The notes beneath the pieces are model-generated. The model worked only from the letters and a program-made list of their open reading frames with translations, made no database searches and was not told the origin of the DNA. A program made the position numbers and the translations under genes. From the sequence record NC_018859.1: a DNA stretch of 64,000 bases. One strand, given 5' to 3'. Shown here piece by piece: positions 39,409 to 48,315 of the stretch (the first letter of the stretch is position 1; each line of letters opens with the position of its first letter). Origin of the DNA: Escherichia phage ECBP2.

Positions 39409-40013
39409 TTCAGTTATTCCCAAATTACTTCGGGTGTCGGACTATATCATAACAGCATAGCTAATTTGCTGTTGTTGGCGCTTCGAGGGTTTCCCTGTTA
39501 ACCCCCTACTCCCTTAGGATAGTCTCTACACTTTCCACTTCCGAATCCATCTACAACCGATTCCGAAGCTCACACCAAACTTCTCTGCAAGATGTACACC
39601 AGAGCATTCTGTTTCTAGCCAATAGAGCCTTGCAGCCTCTTGCCTATCTCCATTTCTTCCAGTGTTTGATTCTATTGCATGTTCTGAACCTTCAAGCATT
39701 TCTAAGTGCTCAAGATTGGAACAAGCTCTATTCTTGCATTTGTGATTTATTTCATAACCGTCAGGAATAGAACCAAAAGATTCTTCCCAAACATGCCTGT
39801 GATACATGACCCATTTGCCATCTATTACTTTTCTGAAATAACCATTTTTATTAAGTTTGTGTGAGATAGGGATGATACACCCTGTTTCGGTTGTTTCCAA
39901 AACAAGAGTTTTCTTAGCCATATCATCTCCTAATAGCTTAGCTCGGTATTGCCCTCAACTTAATGGTAGGGTTTCACCGAGTTCACCAACTTTTACATGC
40001 ACAATGAAAGTTT
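39409..40013 (-). mobile_element. putative group I intron (about 605 nt) carrying an HNH homing endonuclease ORF, inserted at polymerase motif C
   Basis: Joining the His codon ending at 40014 to GAT at 39408 gives VIDMH|DEGQF (motif C). Exon 1 ends in U and the insert ends in G, as group I splice sites require. Confidence 0.45.
39526..39921 (-). CDS. HNH homing endonuclease (intron-encoded)
   Basis: 131 aa; KWVMYHRHVWEESFG...EINHKCKNRACSNLEHLE (HNH_3-type); RBS GGAG. Confidence 0.7.
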   Translation of the reverse strand: MAKKTLVLETTETGCIIPISHKLNKNGYFRKVIDGKWVMYHRHVWEESFGSIPDGYEINHKCKNRACSNLEHLEMLEGSEHAIESNTGRNGDRQEAARLYWLETECSGVHLAEKFGVSFGIGCRWIRKWKV

Positions 40014-41705
40014 ATGCATGTCGATAACCTTCGCACAACGAACACCATCACGCTCAATCCATTTATTGAGGAATAGCATTGCATACTTCATAACAATCGC
40101 CCCAGCGCTCTGTAAGAGCGTATTTAAGGCTTTATGGACCATAACCTTTCCAGTTGCATCTCTTCTCATTGTAATACGACGTCCATCCACACCGTAGATG
40201 TATCCACTTTGTGCTTTCTCGGTCATACGTTCAATAAGGATTGCAATACAAGGATTCTCTGCTAAGAATCTTGCTCTCATAATAGCCCCTTCGTCAGAGC
40301 CACCACCTACGATACTTCCTAGTTTAGCGTCACCTGCCCCATAGTTAAAGGCATATATAAACGTCTTAGCGTTATCGCGAGTAGGAAGACCAGCAAGTTT
40401 TTGGTTATGTGAGTGAATATCTCCTTCTAAAAGAATATCTCTGTACATAACAGCAGAAGCTAGACCACGTTCAGCTTCTCGTTTCTTAGCTGGGTTGTTT
40501 TCTCGCTCTGCTTCAGCGAGCATCTCACGACATTCTTTAATAAGGTAGTGAGCTAGCATCCTCAGCTCAAGACCAGAGCCATCGTAACCTAAGAAGATTT
40601 CACGACCAGCAGGTACATAGAACTTATAGGCACCTACAGGTTTGTCTTTCTTGCCCGGTTTTCCCACTTCGTAGATAATGTTAGTACCTTTTCGTACGTA
40701 ACACCCATCAGGGATATGGTTGGTAATGATGAAAGGATAGTTATGACTATCGTCTGAGGAATAGTCAGATTGAAAAAGACTGCGGCACTCGTGACCAAAC
40801 AAACCGCGAGAAGGAATATTAACAACAATACGGTGTTTAAAACGAAATGTCGGAGTAGCGCAGCTATTAGCTTCGGCGGACAACTTACCATCTTCTCGTT
40901 CCTTGTCTATAAGACCATTAATCAAGCCAAGCCTGTGAGCCGCTACAACACGTCTCTTAAGCAAACCTCCCACACCCCCTAGCTCACCCCCAAGACCTTC
41001 TTCAAGCGTCTCCTCGAGGTTTGTAGGAGCTGTAGGCCACTTGTTTGACATGGCTAAAGCTTTCTTAATTTCATCAAAGGTTACAGGCTTCTTCCTGTTC
41101 GGATTCAAGCCTAAACCACTGACGTAGGCTTTCATGTAGTTGACAGTGTGATAACGGAAGTGTTTATCCAAGAACCGACGAATGTCAGCATCAATCATCT
41201 CAGCTGTCTGTTTTTCTTTAGCGTTTCCTCGCATCCAAGCAGAATACCAAGCAGCATATGTGCCATACTTCTTCATCGCTTTACGGATTTCGTAAGTATT
41301 CCAAGGTTTCTTGGATGTGTTCCACTCTGGAGGAATGAAGCCTTCATCCATCAAGGCTTCTTTGATACGTGCATCTTTCGATGGGTCGAAGTCTACATAC
41401 TCAACGCAAGTAAACGCCCCACCGATATCTTCTCTTTTAAGACCAACTCTGTCACAATAAAGCTGAGGCCACTTCTGTAAAGCACCTGACTTCTTAAAAG
41501 GTTTCGAATAAGTTGAACCATCCACCCGCATTTTGGGGAGGAGAGGAATCAGTTCTTTATCAATATTGACAATAATCTCTTTGAGAAGGTGAACAAACCA
41601 CCGAGCGTTTCTTCTGTGGAAGTTGACGCCATGCTTCGCCTGCTTTGAGATTATATCAGCGACTGTCATCTCCGTTATGAAAGGTAACTTATCAGGGTTA
41701 TCCAT
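40014..41705 (-). CDS. DNA polymerase (family A, T7-like) polymerase domain, exon 1
   Basis: DGSGLELRMLAHY (motif A), LPTRDNAKTFIYAFNYGAGDAKLG (motif B), HKALNTLLQSAGAIVMKY; ATG at 41705 follows AAGGAG; the uninterrupted ORF instead ends KLSLCM at 39993, losing motif C. Confidence 0.8.
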
Positions 41706-41721
41706 CACCCACTCCTTATAG

Positions 41722-42075
41722 TTATTGATATATTAAATCAGTGAACGCTTGGTTATCCTCAACGATATCTAACTGTTCGTAGGATTCCGTTAGTTCATCC
41801 ACATAAAAGACTGCTGGAATATCTTCTGCTCGCTGTCTACGAGCTTCTCTTCGTTCGTTACTGTTCCTCTGAACCTGTGCAAGTTTCATACCCCACACCT
41901 GCTCATACAACTCAGGATACTTATCACTAACCACTACAAAGTTTCGAGCTGGTTGGTTTCGGTTAATCTTCGCTGTTAATTCAATAAACTGACGAAACTC
42001 TTGAATGGAGAGGTTGTCATGAATATTGTCCCATTTGAGAACGCAGTGACGTTCTAGGCGTTGAGGTACTGGCAT
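41722..42075 (-). CDS. hypothetical protein
   Basis: 117-aa ORF. Confidence 0.45.
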   Translation of the reverse strand: MPVPQRLERHCVLKWDNIHDNLSIQEFRQFIELTAKINRNQPARNFVVVSDKYPELYEQVWGMKLAQVQRNSNERREARRQRAEDIPAVFYVDELTESYEQLDIVEDNQAFTDLIYQ

Positions 42076-42078
42076 AAC

Positions 42079-42348
42079 TTACTCCACTGTCGGGAAAGGT
42101 TTCAGATTGTTCATAGCTGTACGAACATCATCACAGATTTCAGGGTCACGATAAGAGAGGAATTTACCATCCTTACCACGAATCATTACATTCGTCCGTG
42201 CTGTTTTATTAGGCAATAAAGAAATCCCTCCAATAAGATGGTTGGTAGGGTGTTGTCCTTGATTAACCTTGTAGTCATGAGTCTGAGCGTCACCATTAAA
42301 GAGATGATCACGAATTTGGATTAAGCTAATCTTCATATTATGCACCAA
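42079..42348 (-). CDS. small hypothetical protein, tandem paralog
   Basis: Shares RTNV..RG.DGKF.S.RD...LKPFP with the adjacent 42338..42589 ORF. Confidence 0.5.
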   Translation of the reverse strand: MVHNMKISLIQIRDHLFNGDAQTHDYKVNQGQHPTNHLIGGISLLPNKTARTNVMIRGKDGKFLSYRDPEICDDVRTAMNNLKPFPTVE

Positions 42349-42589
42349 AGTTAGGGAAAGGTTTCAGATTTTCAATAGACTCAGCAATACGCTTAGGAAC
42401 AGCCTTATCACGGAAGGAGATGAACTTGCCATCAGGACCACGAAGGGCTACATTAGTACGAGCTGTTGTTTTGTTAAACTGAATCATCTCAACAGAGCTT
42501 GTAACATTTTCTACAGGAAAAGTATAGCTCTCAGTTGTGTTCAGAGAAGGGAGGAAATCAGTTACAGTGATGTAAGTTACTTTAGACAT
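42338..42589 (-). CDS. small hypothetical protein, tandem paralog
   Basis: Paralog of 42079..42348. Confidence 0.5.
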   Translation of the reverse strand: MSKVTYITVTDFLPSLNTTESYTFPVENVTSSVEMIQFNKTTARTNVALRGPDGKFISFRDKAVPKRIAESIENLKPFPNFGA

Positions 42590-42615
42590 ATTTATTACCT
42601 TAGGTTACATAAAAG

Positions 42616-42640
42616 AAAAGGCCACCCGAAATGGGTAGCC
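42616..42640 (-). terminator. terminator-like hairpin
   Basis: On the - strand: GGCTACCC-ATTTC-GGGTGGCC followed by TTTTCTTTT. Confidence 0.4.
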
Positions 42641-42645
42641 TTATA

Positions 42646-42972
42646 TTAACTTGAGCTTAAAGCTCCTTTTCTAGACTTGACTCCGCCTGCTGATTTTCCA
42701 GCACGATCTCCACTTTTGCCGCCGTTCGAGCGATTTCCAGAGATTGATTCAACACGTAAGTTACTTGACGCATTAGAACCTCCCGACTTGATTGATCGTT
42801 TATGTCCAACGTCTTTACCTCGGACAGCAGCTTTTCCATCGCGCTTTTCAACGATGCGACGTGCACGGTGGCGCTGAGCATCTCCGCTCTTGCTACCAAC
42901 ACCTGTCTCCCCACGTTTGATTGCAGTTCTTCGTTCTTGTGCATAATCACGTTTCGCCTTATCGGTCATCAT
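42646..42972 (-). CDS. basic Lys/Arg/Gly/Ser-rich protein (possible nucleic-acid binding)
   Basis: AAGGAG then ATGATG at 42972; preferred over the overlapping frame 42657..42950, which lacks an RBS. Confidence 0.5.
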   Translation of the reverse strand: MMTDKAKRDYAQERRTAIKRGETGVGSKSGDAQRHRARRIVEKRDGKAAVRGKDVGHKRSIKSGGSNASSNLRVESISGNRSNGGKSGDRAGKSAGGVKSRKGALSSS

Positions 42973-43004
42973 AACTCCTTAATATATCAGTGTACACTAA
43001 GGAG

Positions 43005-43013
43005 TATACATTA
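43005..43013 (-). promoter_or_regulatory. TAATGTATA promoter-like motif
   Basis: aTAATGTATAct on the - strand about 33 nt upstream of the 42972 start. Confidence 0.3.
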
Positions 43014-43016
43014 TGT

Positions 43017-43754
43017 TTATGATTTTTCAGATTCCATTGCTTTAACAATAGCTTTACAGAAACCTGAACGAACAATATCATCCGATTCGCCATCTACTAG
43101 AGCGGCAAATTCAAATAACTGGTGACGGTAGATGAAATCAGTAGCCCAATCAAGACCACTCTCACCACGCATGTCGTGCTGGTTAGTGTCCCCCATGCAG
43201 AACATCTGAGAGGTTTCACCAAGACGTGTCATGATTGAATATGCTTCATCAGGAGTAGTGTTCTGGAACTCATCAACAATCACGATAGCATCGTTGAACG
43301 AGCGACCACGTAGATATTCCAGAGGTACGAACTCAATATTACCATTACCTACTTGACATTCGTAGAAACCTTTACCGTAGCGCTGAGTAATAACATCAAC
43401 GATTGGCATTAGGTATGGTTCAAACTTCTCACGAAGCCCACCGGGAAGTAATCCAAGACTATTACCCATACCAACAGCAGGTCGGCTTAGGATAATCTTC
43501 TCAATCTTCCCACTCTTCAGAGCATCAATCACTGTAGAAGTGATTACGAAGGTCTTACCACAACCAGCAGGAGCATCTGTGAATACAACCTGTTTGGTTT
43601 TAATTGCATCAAGCAGCTCACTCTGGAATTGGTTCTGAGGTACTACCGGCTTAGCAAGAACTACTTCTTCAAATTCCCGCTTTCCTTTCTTGGTGACGAG
43701 AGCTTCACGACGTAATTCTCTCCGTGACGCTTTCCGAGATTCTCTACGACTCAT
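43017..43754 (-). CDS. phoH: PhoH-like ATPase
   Basis: Walker A APAGCGKTF and overall PhoH-like architecture. Confidence 0.75.
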   Translation of the reverse strand: MSRRESRKASRRELRREALVTKKGKREFEEVVLAKPVVPQNQFQSELLDAIKTKQVVFTDAPAGCGKTFVITSTVIDALKSGKIEKIILSRPAVGMGNSLGLLPGGLREKFEPYLMPIVDVITQRYGKGFYECQVGNGNIEFVPLEYLRGRSFNDAIVIVDEFQNTTPDEAYSIMTRLGETSQMFCMGDTNQHDMRGESGLDWATDFIYRHQLFEFAALVDGESDDIVRSGFCKAIVKAMESEKS

Positions 43755-43932
43755 TTCCTACCTCCGTGTTCTTCATATAAGAAGCTACAGGATTTACACT
43801 CTGAGCAATGGATACCTATAACCTTAATTTCGACAAACTTCTTATTCTTCCCTTTAGTCGGGGAGCCTTTGGCAAGCTCCCGTATTACTTTCGAGTTCAA
43901 ATGGAGAAGAGTTGATTCACATTTAAAACATT

Positions 43933-44253
43933 TCAGATTGATTTGTCCTTATGTAAACGGTATACTTCAGTAGCCATACAAGCAATACGCTCGTCATGTG
44001 GGAGATGCATACCAGTAGAGCCGTTCCATCCTTCGAACTCTGAATCAAAGAATCCAACAGGCTCGGGATACATCTCTTGCAAAGTGGTTAAGTCATCAGC
44101 CACTTGTTGCCATTTGTCATCAGACCAGATTGGGTCATCCAACCAATAATACAGATAGGAATGGATAAGCATCTGCGTTCTGTGTCGTTTAATCACTTCA
44201 GCAGGACTAATCTCGTTTCCGTTAACAGTCCTAAATGTATTATCATTAATCAT
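43933..44253 (-). CDS. small protein resembling the N-terminal domain Ia of NAD-dependent DNA ligase
   Basis: LIHSYLYYWLDDPIWSDDKWQQVADDLTTLQEMYPE parallels the LigA H.YLYY.LD.P.ISD.EYD.L...L..LE..YPE signature. Confidence 0.35.
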   Translation of the reverse strand: MINDNTFRTVNGNEISPAEVIKRHRTQMLIHSYLYYWLDDPIWSDDKWQQVADDLTTLQEMYPEPVGFFDSEFEGWNGSTGMHLPHDERIACMATEVYRLHKDKSI

Positions 44254-44729
44254 TCCAAAACCCTTTCTTCTAAATCGTAAAAGATTTGATTTGTCCCATT
44301 ATTCTCAACAAGCACTGTTCCATTATCTAACAGGGTAGCAACTTGGGAATAAGGAATGTTCTTTAACATCAGAGCATTAATGGTCGGCTTATTTTTGAAG
44401 TAAGCGACAGGCTCAACATAGAAGGAAATCCCACGACTTCCTTTAATTGGAGTGCTAGAAGATAGAACCCAAATTGTTTCTGGCTTGTCTATTTCCTTTT
44501 CAACACCAACCTCAACAAGTGAGTCAGCAGCGAAACCTACAGGACGACTAGAAGAGCCAAGTGCCCGAATAAATCCTGGCAATTTTGACATGTTAGACCA
44601 ACTACCAGTGTTTTCATTAAACACAGGTCTTACGTCTCCATATGCCCAAACCAGATTATCATAGTCACGGGCTATGTATTTAACCCAATCAGGAACATCA
44701 TACTCCCTTCCTTCAAAAATAACTTTCAT
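44250..44729 (-). CDS. hypothetical protein
   Basis: 159-aa ORF. Confidence 0.45.
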   Translation of the reverse strand: MKVIFEGREYDVPDWVKYIARDYDNLVWAYGDVRPVFNENTGSWSNMSKLPGFIRALGSSSRPVGFAADSLVEVGVEKEIDKPETIWVLSSSTPIKGSRGISFYVEPVAYFKNKPTINALMLKNIPYSQVATLLDNGTVLVENNGTNQIFYDLEERVLE

Positions 44730-44999
44730 TTAGATAACCTTGTGCTTATAGATGTTAGGGTTGAAGTAGTGCAACCAGTTTATATATTGTTTCTGTTCGA
44801 GGTAGTGCCTGCAATCATGACAAAAAGCATGACCCAAACCTGTTTCCTCATTCAGTTTGAAATTGATAAGAAGCTTCTGCTTTCGACAGAAGCTACATGC
44901 TTTAGTGGGCTTCACGTAATGCATCCCAAGAGATTGGATATATTTTACGAAGCTCTTCATCAATTGTTGATGCGAACACTCGTACTTCGTACTGAGCAT
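44730..44999 (-). CDS. small Cys-rich (zinc-finger-like) protein; start uncertain
   Basis: CSFC...CHDCRH pairs; the 5' end overlaps the ThyX gene, so the true start is probably internal. Confidence 0.35.
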   Translation of the reverse strand: MLSTKYECSHQQLMKSFVKYIQSLGMHYVKPTKACSFCRKQKLLINFKLNEETGLGHAFCHDCRHYLEQKQYINWLHYFNPNIYKHKVI

Positions 45000-45552
45000 G
45001 GTCTGACAGTCGCTGACGACACAACTCTGACCAACCGTATAGAGAACCAGTCCATACCCACTCAGTGATCATACCCTGAGGTAATACGAATCGAGCTTGT
45101 TCTGGAGCAATGAACTTAATCAATTCATCGTACGACTCAAGAGCTGTTTCATATGCTCGGTTAATCAGAACTAGTGCAGAGTTTTGTGCTCCTGTGGTGA
45201 GGAGATTCCCTGCACCTGCATGGAGGTCCGAAGGTCTTTCAAAAATCTCTTTAGGGATGAAGAGTTCAACTGCTCCATCTTTATACCGCCGGGACATTTC
45301 GTTCCACGAGAATCCAACTTGGTGTTTATTGAGTTGTCTAGCAATTGCAATGGGAGCCTTACACCGAAAGGTGATTTGAGGGTGTCGAAAAGGAGTCACA
45401 TGACGTTCCCGAGCTAAGAATTTAATCAACCGCTCGTCACGTTCGTTCAGATCACCATCTCGTGTCACACCAAAGGAAACCCTTGCTGCATTGACCACAG
45501 ATTTGTCGGAACCCATGTGCTCTACCAGTGTTGCTTTTAAAAAATCAGACAT
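44902..45552 (-). CDS. thyX: FAD-dependent thymidylate synthase
   Basis: Region HQVGFSWNEMSRRY resembles the ThyX RHR...S...S.RY signature. Confidence 0.75.
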   Translation of the reverse strand: MSDFLKATLVEHMGSDKSVVNAARVSFGVTRDGDLNERDERLIKFLARERHVTPFRHPQITFRCKAPIAIARQLNKHQVGFSWNEMSRRYKDGAVELFIPKEIFERPSDLHAGAGNLLTTGAQNSALVLINRAYETALESYDELIKFIAPEQARFVLPQGMITEWVWTGSLYGWSELCRQRLSDHAQYEVRVFASTIDEELRKIYPISWDALREAH

Positions 45553-46012
45553 ACTTCAACTTCTCCTTGTTGTAAATTTCTTCTGCCTCTTCGCAAGAAG
45601 CAAAAGTTCCTAAATGTATATTCTTACCTTTGACGCCGATAATGGCTCGATATTTATCACCAGAAGCTGTCTTACGAAGATACACACCTCTAGGAAGATT
45701 TCCTATCTTGTTATCAACATCGTACTGCCTTCTGTTATGACAGTTAGTAGATGGATTCACATCTCTTAGGTTATCAATTGAGTCATTAAGTTTGTTCTGG
45801 TCAATGTGGTCAATTTCAAACTCAGGGAATTTTCCATGAACAAAGAACCAAGCAAGACGGCAAGCTCTGTAGCTTTTCCCTTCATGCTCAATGTAACGAT
45901 AACCTAGAGAAGATACATACCCAGCTTGATTTCCTTTAACCCTTCGACCTTTTGTGTTCTTCCAGAAGAAGTCTCCAGTCTTAGGGTTGTATTCCAAGTC
46001 GTCTTGTATCAT
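45545..46012 (-). CDS. HNH homing endonuclease with AP2-like DNA-binding domain
   Basis: EIDHIDQNKLNDSIDNLRDV (HNH) plus YRAIIGVKGKNIHLGTFASCEEAEEIY (AP2-like). Confidence 0.7.
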   Translation of the reverse strand: MIQDDLEYNPKTGDFFWKNTKGRRVKGNQAGYVSSLGYRYIEHEGKSYRACRLAWFFVHGKFPEFEIDHIDQNKLNDSIDNLRDVNPSTNCHNRRQYDVDNKIGNLPRGVYLRKTASGDKYRAIIGVKGKNIHLGTFASCEEAEEIYNKEKLKYV

Positions 46013-46019
46013 TTCTTAC

Positions 46020-46235
46020 TTAATAGTGAATCTTTTTATAAATCAGGTTGCTTCCACTTTCTGTTTCAATCCCTTTCTGGATTGTAACTTTAGAAGCACC
46101 GGTATTAGCAATTTTTAAAGCTCGCTTAAACCGGCGAGCCTCTTTCCGTGTGGAGTATGTTGAGAAGCTAGGGATTGTGCTATCAAAATTAAACCACTTA
46201 ACTACCCAAAAAGTAATCCAAGGTTTCTTTTCCAT
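46020..46235 (-). CDS. small protein, member of a three-copy paralog family
   Basis: Shares W...F.TR.EAR..K......KV.I......SG...I..K.HY with 48100..48315 and 48315..48527. Confidence 0.45.
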   Translation of the reverse strand: MEKKPWITFWVVKWFNFDSTIPSFSTYSTRKEARRFKRALKIANTGASKVTIQKGIETESGSNLIYKKIHY

Positions 46236-46236
46236 A

Positions 46237-46512
46237 TTAAATACCTTTCAGAGCCGTGTCTAAAAATGCACGGAGATTAGATTCAGTTTGCATACCTGAT
46301 AAACTATAATGAGCACCACTATTCTTATCAGGGACGACAAAGGCTGGGATACTGCGAACACCGTATTCAATGGCTCGCTCTCGACCATTACCTTCAGAGA
46401 TATTTACTTCTTCAACTTCTACACTGTAGTCAGCCACAACCTTCTTAAACACAGGAGCCATAGCTGCACATGGAGCACATGAATTACTATAAAACTTAAT
46501 TACTTTACTCAT
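46237..46512 (-). CDS. thioredoxin/glutaredoxin-like protein
   Basis: CAPC active-site motif in a thioredoxin-fold context; ATG at 46512 follows AAGGAA. Confidence 0.6.
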   Translation of the reverse strand: MSKVIKFYSNSCAPCAAMAPVFKKVVADYSVEVEEVNISEGNGRERAIEYGVRSIPAFVVPDKNSGAHYSLSGMQTESNLRAFLDTALKGI

Positions 46513-46702
46513 TCTATTCCTTGTTAATAAACAGGTTGATATGACGCTGGGTAGCAGGAACAACAATAAAAGATTTATACTGACCTTTTGCTAAGTCATG
46601 AGCAATCTTCTTTGTCTGACCAAGACCCATCACACAGCCACTAACGATAATGGCATGTGCTTGTAATTCTTCAGGTAGGTTTAGTTTCACTCTTTAGATT
46701 CC

Positions 46703-46888
46703 TTATAGCATACAAAGAATAATAACAAGAGGTAGTGTTATAGCAAAATGTACCAGAACAACACTACCTAGCTTGATAGCTTTAACATCCTCTTCTGCTG
46801 GGTTTTCTTTAATTGCTAAATTTCGAGCTTTATATATAACAGTACCAACTATTAACGACCACACGGCCCACACAATCAGTGAAATCAT
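46703..46888 (-). CDS. small two-TM membrane protein (paralog pair)
   Basis: 61 aa with two hydrophobic segments; similar to 46898..47119. Confidence 0.45.
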   Translation of the reverse strand: MISLIVWAVWSLIVGTVIYKARNLAIKENPAEEDVKAIKLGSVVLVHFAITLPLVIILCML

Positions 46889-46897
46889 ATCAAACCC

Positions 46898-47119
46898 TTA
46901 TGCAGTCAACAGGTGGAGAAGGAAAGGAATGACAACAGAGAAAATTACCAGAGCAATGCTGCCATGTTTAATGGGTTTAGCATCATTCGGATTTTCTTTA
47001 AGCATCTGTTTCTGAGCCAGATAAACGATACCACCAACAAGAATTGCCCACACAGACCATACGATTGCTGAAAACATATTCACATCCTTATAAAGAAGTT
47101 CGCCCCACCTCTTAAACAA
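46898..47119 (-). CDS. small two-TM membrane protein (paralog pair)
   Basis: 73 aa; IVWSVWAILVGGIVY...KENP...K.GS.ALV.F shared with the neighbour. Confidence 0.45.
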   Translation of the reverse strand: MFKRWGELLYKDVNMFSAIVWSVWAILVGGIVYLAQKQMLKENPNDAKPIKHGSIALVIFSVVIPFLLHLLTA

Positions 47120-47140
47120 AGAGACAGGGCGGAGGTTTGA

Positions 47141-47707
47141 TTAGTAAGACACGTCACCACTAGAGTGGGACATGTTGCTCTTGACGAAGTAACAGAACTT
47201 GCCAAGACCTTCATTAATTTCTTGAAGCATACTCTGGTCTACTGGATAGGTGCACAAGTCTGAATCAAACTCGTCCATCTTTTCAATGATACACATCAGA
47301 GTCATGCACATGTCGGAAAGCATACCGTCCATGTCGAGATCAGCACTACCTTCTCTGAACCAAGCACAACTAAGATAGCTACTAGCTGTTGCATCCACTT
47401 TGATACAGTGATAACGCATTCGCTCAGCTACTCGGTCTCCTGTTTCACGAGCATAGTCTTCTAATTCATCGAACATACCATGAACACCTTGGAAACCAGC
47501 TCCAGAGACGTTCCAGTGGTAATTCTTTGCTTTGATGTGTAGAAGCTCAAGGTTAGCCTGCACACCGCATAGGATGTGCTCTAGACTGTTACCGCTGATC
47601 AGTTTATTCATTCCCTCAAGACGAGAGATAGAGGAGTCAGTTGTAGAGAATGGGTTACTAGAACCCACTCGTGTTAGTTCAGGTAAGTCGAAGACATTAT
47701 TATGCAT
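47141..47707 (-). CDS. Dps/ferritin-like protein (putative)
   Basis: HWNVSGAGFQGVHGMFDELEDYARETGDRVAERM parallels the Dps ferroxidase-site motif; RBS GGAGAG. Confidence 0.5.
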   Translation of the reverse strand: MHNNVFDLPELTRVGSSNPFSTTDSSISRLEGMNKLISGNSLEHILCGVQANLELLHIKAKNYHWNVSGAGFQGVHGMFDELEDYARETGDRVAERMRYHCIKVDATASSYLSCAWFREGSADLDMDGMLSDMCMTLMCIIEKMDEFDSDLCTYPVDQSMLQEINEGLGKFCYFVKSNMSHSSGDVSY

Positions 47708-48047
47708 TAGGAGTCTCTCCTTCTAAGTTGGTTGAATTGGCTACGTTACGAGCAATGTTGTCCATGACCTGCTGGGTAATAACAATGCAATTCTGTGGGT
47801 CTACAGACTTAGAACGCCCCATTTCAGGGTCATAAACCTTAACACGTTTGGCTGTTGAGCCAGTAACTTGCAACACTTTGAGAAGATAACCTTGATTTCC
47901 AATAGACCATGCAACAACATCACGATTCTTGATATAACGACCAAGCATATCACGATGATAGAACTGCTGCATAACTTTAGCTTTGCTAATCTCTTCAGAT
48001 GGCGGGGCCACTTTACTCAAATCTAACATAACTCTCTCCTGTTTCAT
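47700..48047 (-). CDS. hypothetical protein
   Basis: 115-aa ORF. Confidence 0.45.
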   Translation of the reverse strand: MKQERVMLDLSKVAPPSEEISKAKVMQQFYHRDMLGRYIKNRDVVAWSIGNQGYLLKVLQVTGSTAKRVKVYDPEMGRSKSVDPQNCIVITQQVMDNIARNVANSTNLEGETPNA

Positions 48048-48066
48048 ACAATATTCTTATACTGTA

Positions 48067-48075
48067 TATACATTT
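48067..48075 (-). promoter_or_regulatory. AAATGTATA promoter-like motif
   Basis: 8/9 match to TAATGTATA on the - strand just upstream of the 48047 start. Confidence 0.25.
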
Positions 48076-48099
48076 GAGAGTTATCATATCTACTACCAA

Positions 48100-48315
48100 C
48101 TAGTAATAAACCTTGCTGGATATGAATCCAGCACTGTTCTGGATATTTTCAATCCAACGATGAATCTCCACCTTTTCAGCGATTCCTAAAGCTTTTGTAG
48201 CTTTTATAGTTTTCTTAGCAAGACGAGCCTCTTGTCTTGTGTTGAATAATTGAATACAATCACCACCAAGAGCTTTGTTAGCCCATTTAGTACGAACTGC
48301 CCATAATTTATCCAT
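48100..48315 (-). CDS. small protein, paralog family member
   Basis: 71 aa; see 46020..46235. Confidence 0.45.
   Translation of the reverse strand: MDKLWAVRTKWANKALGGDCIQLFNTRQEARLAKKTIKATKALGIAEKVEIHRWIENIQNSAGFISSKVYY

Noticed and set aside
42657-42950. Alternative - strand frame (97 aa) overlapping the basic protein gene
   Set aside because: The 42646..42972 frame has a perfect AAGGAG and ATGATG start; the alternative frame has no RBS.
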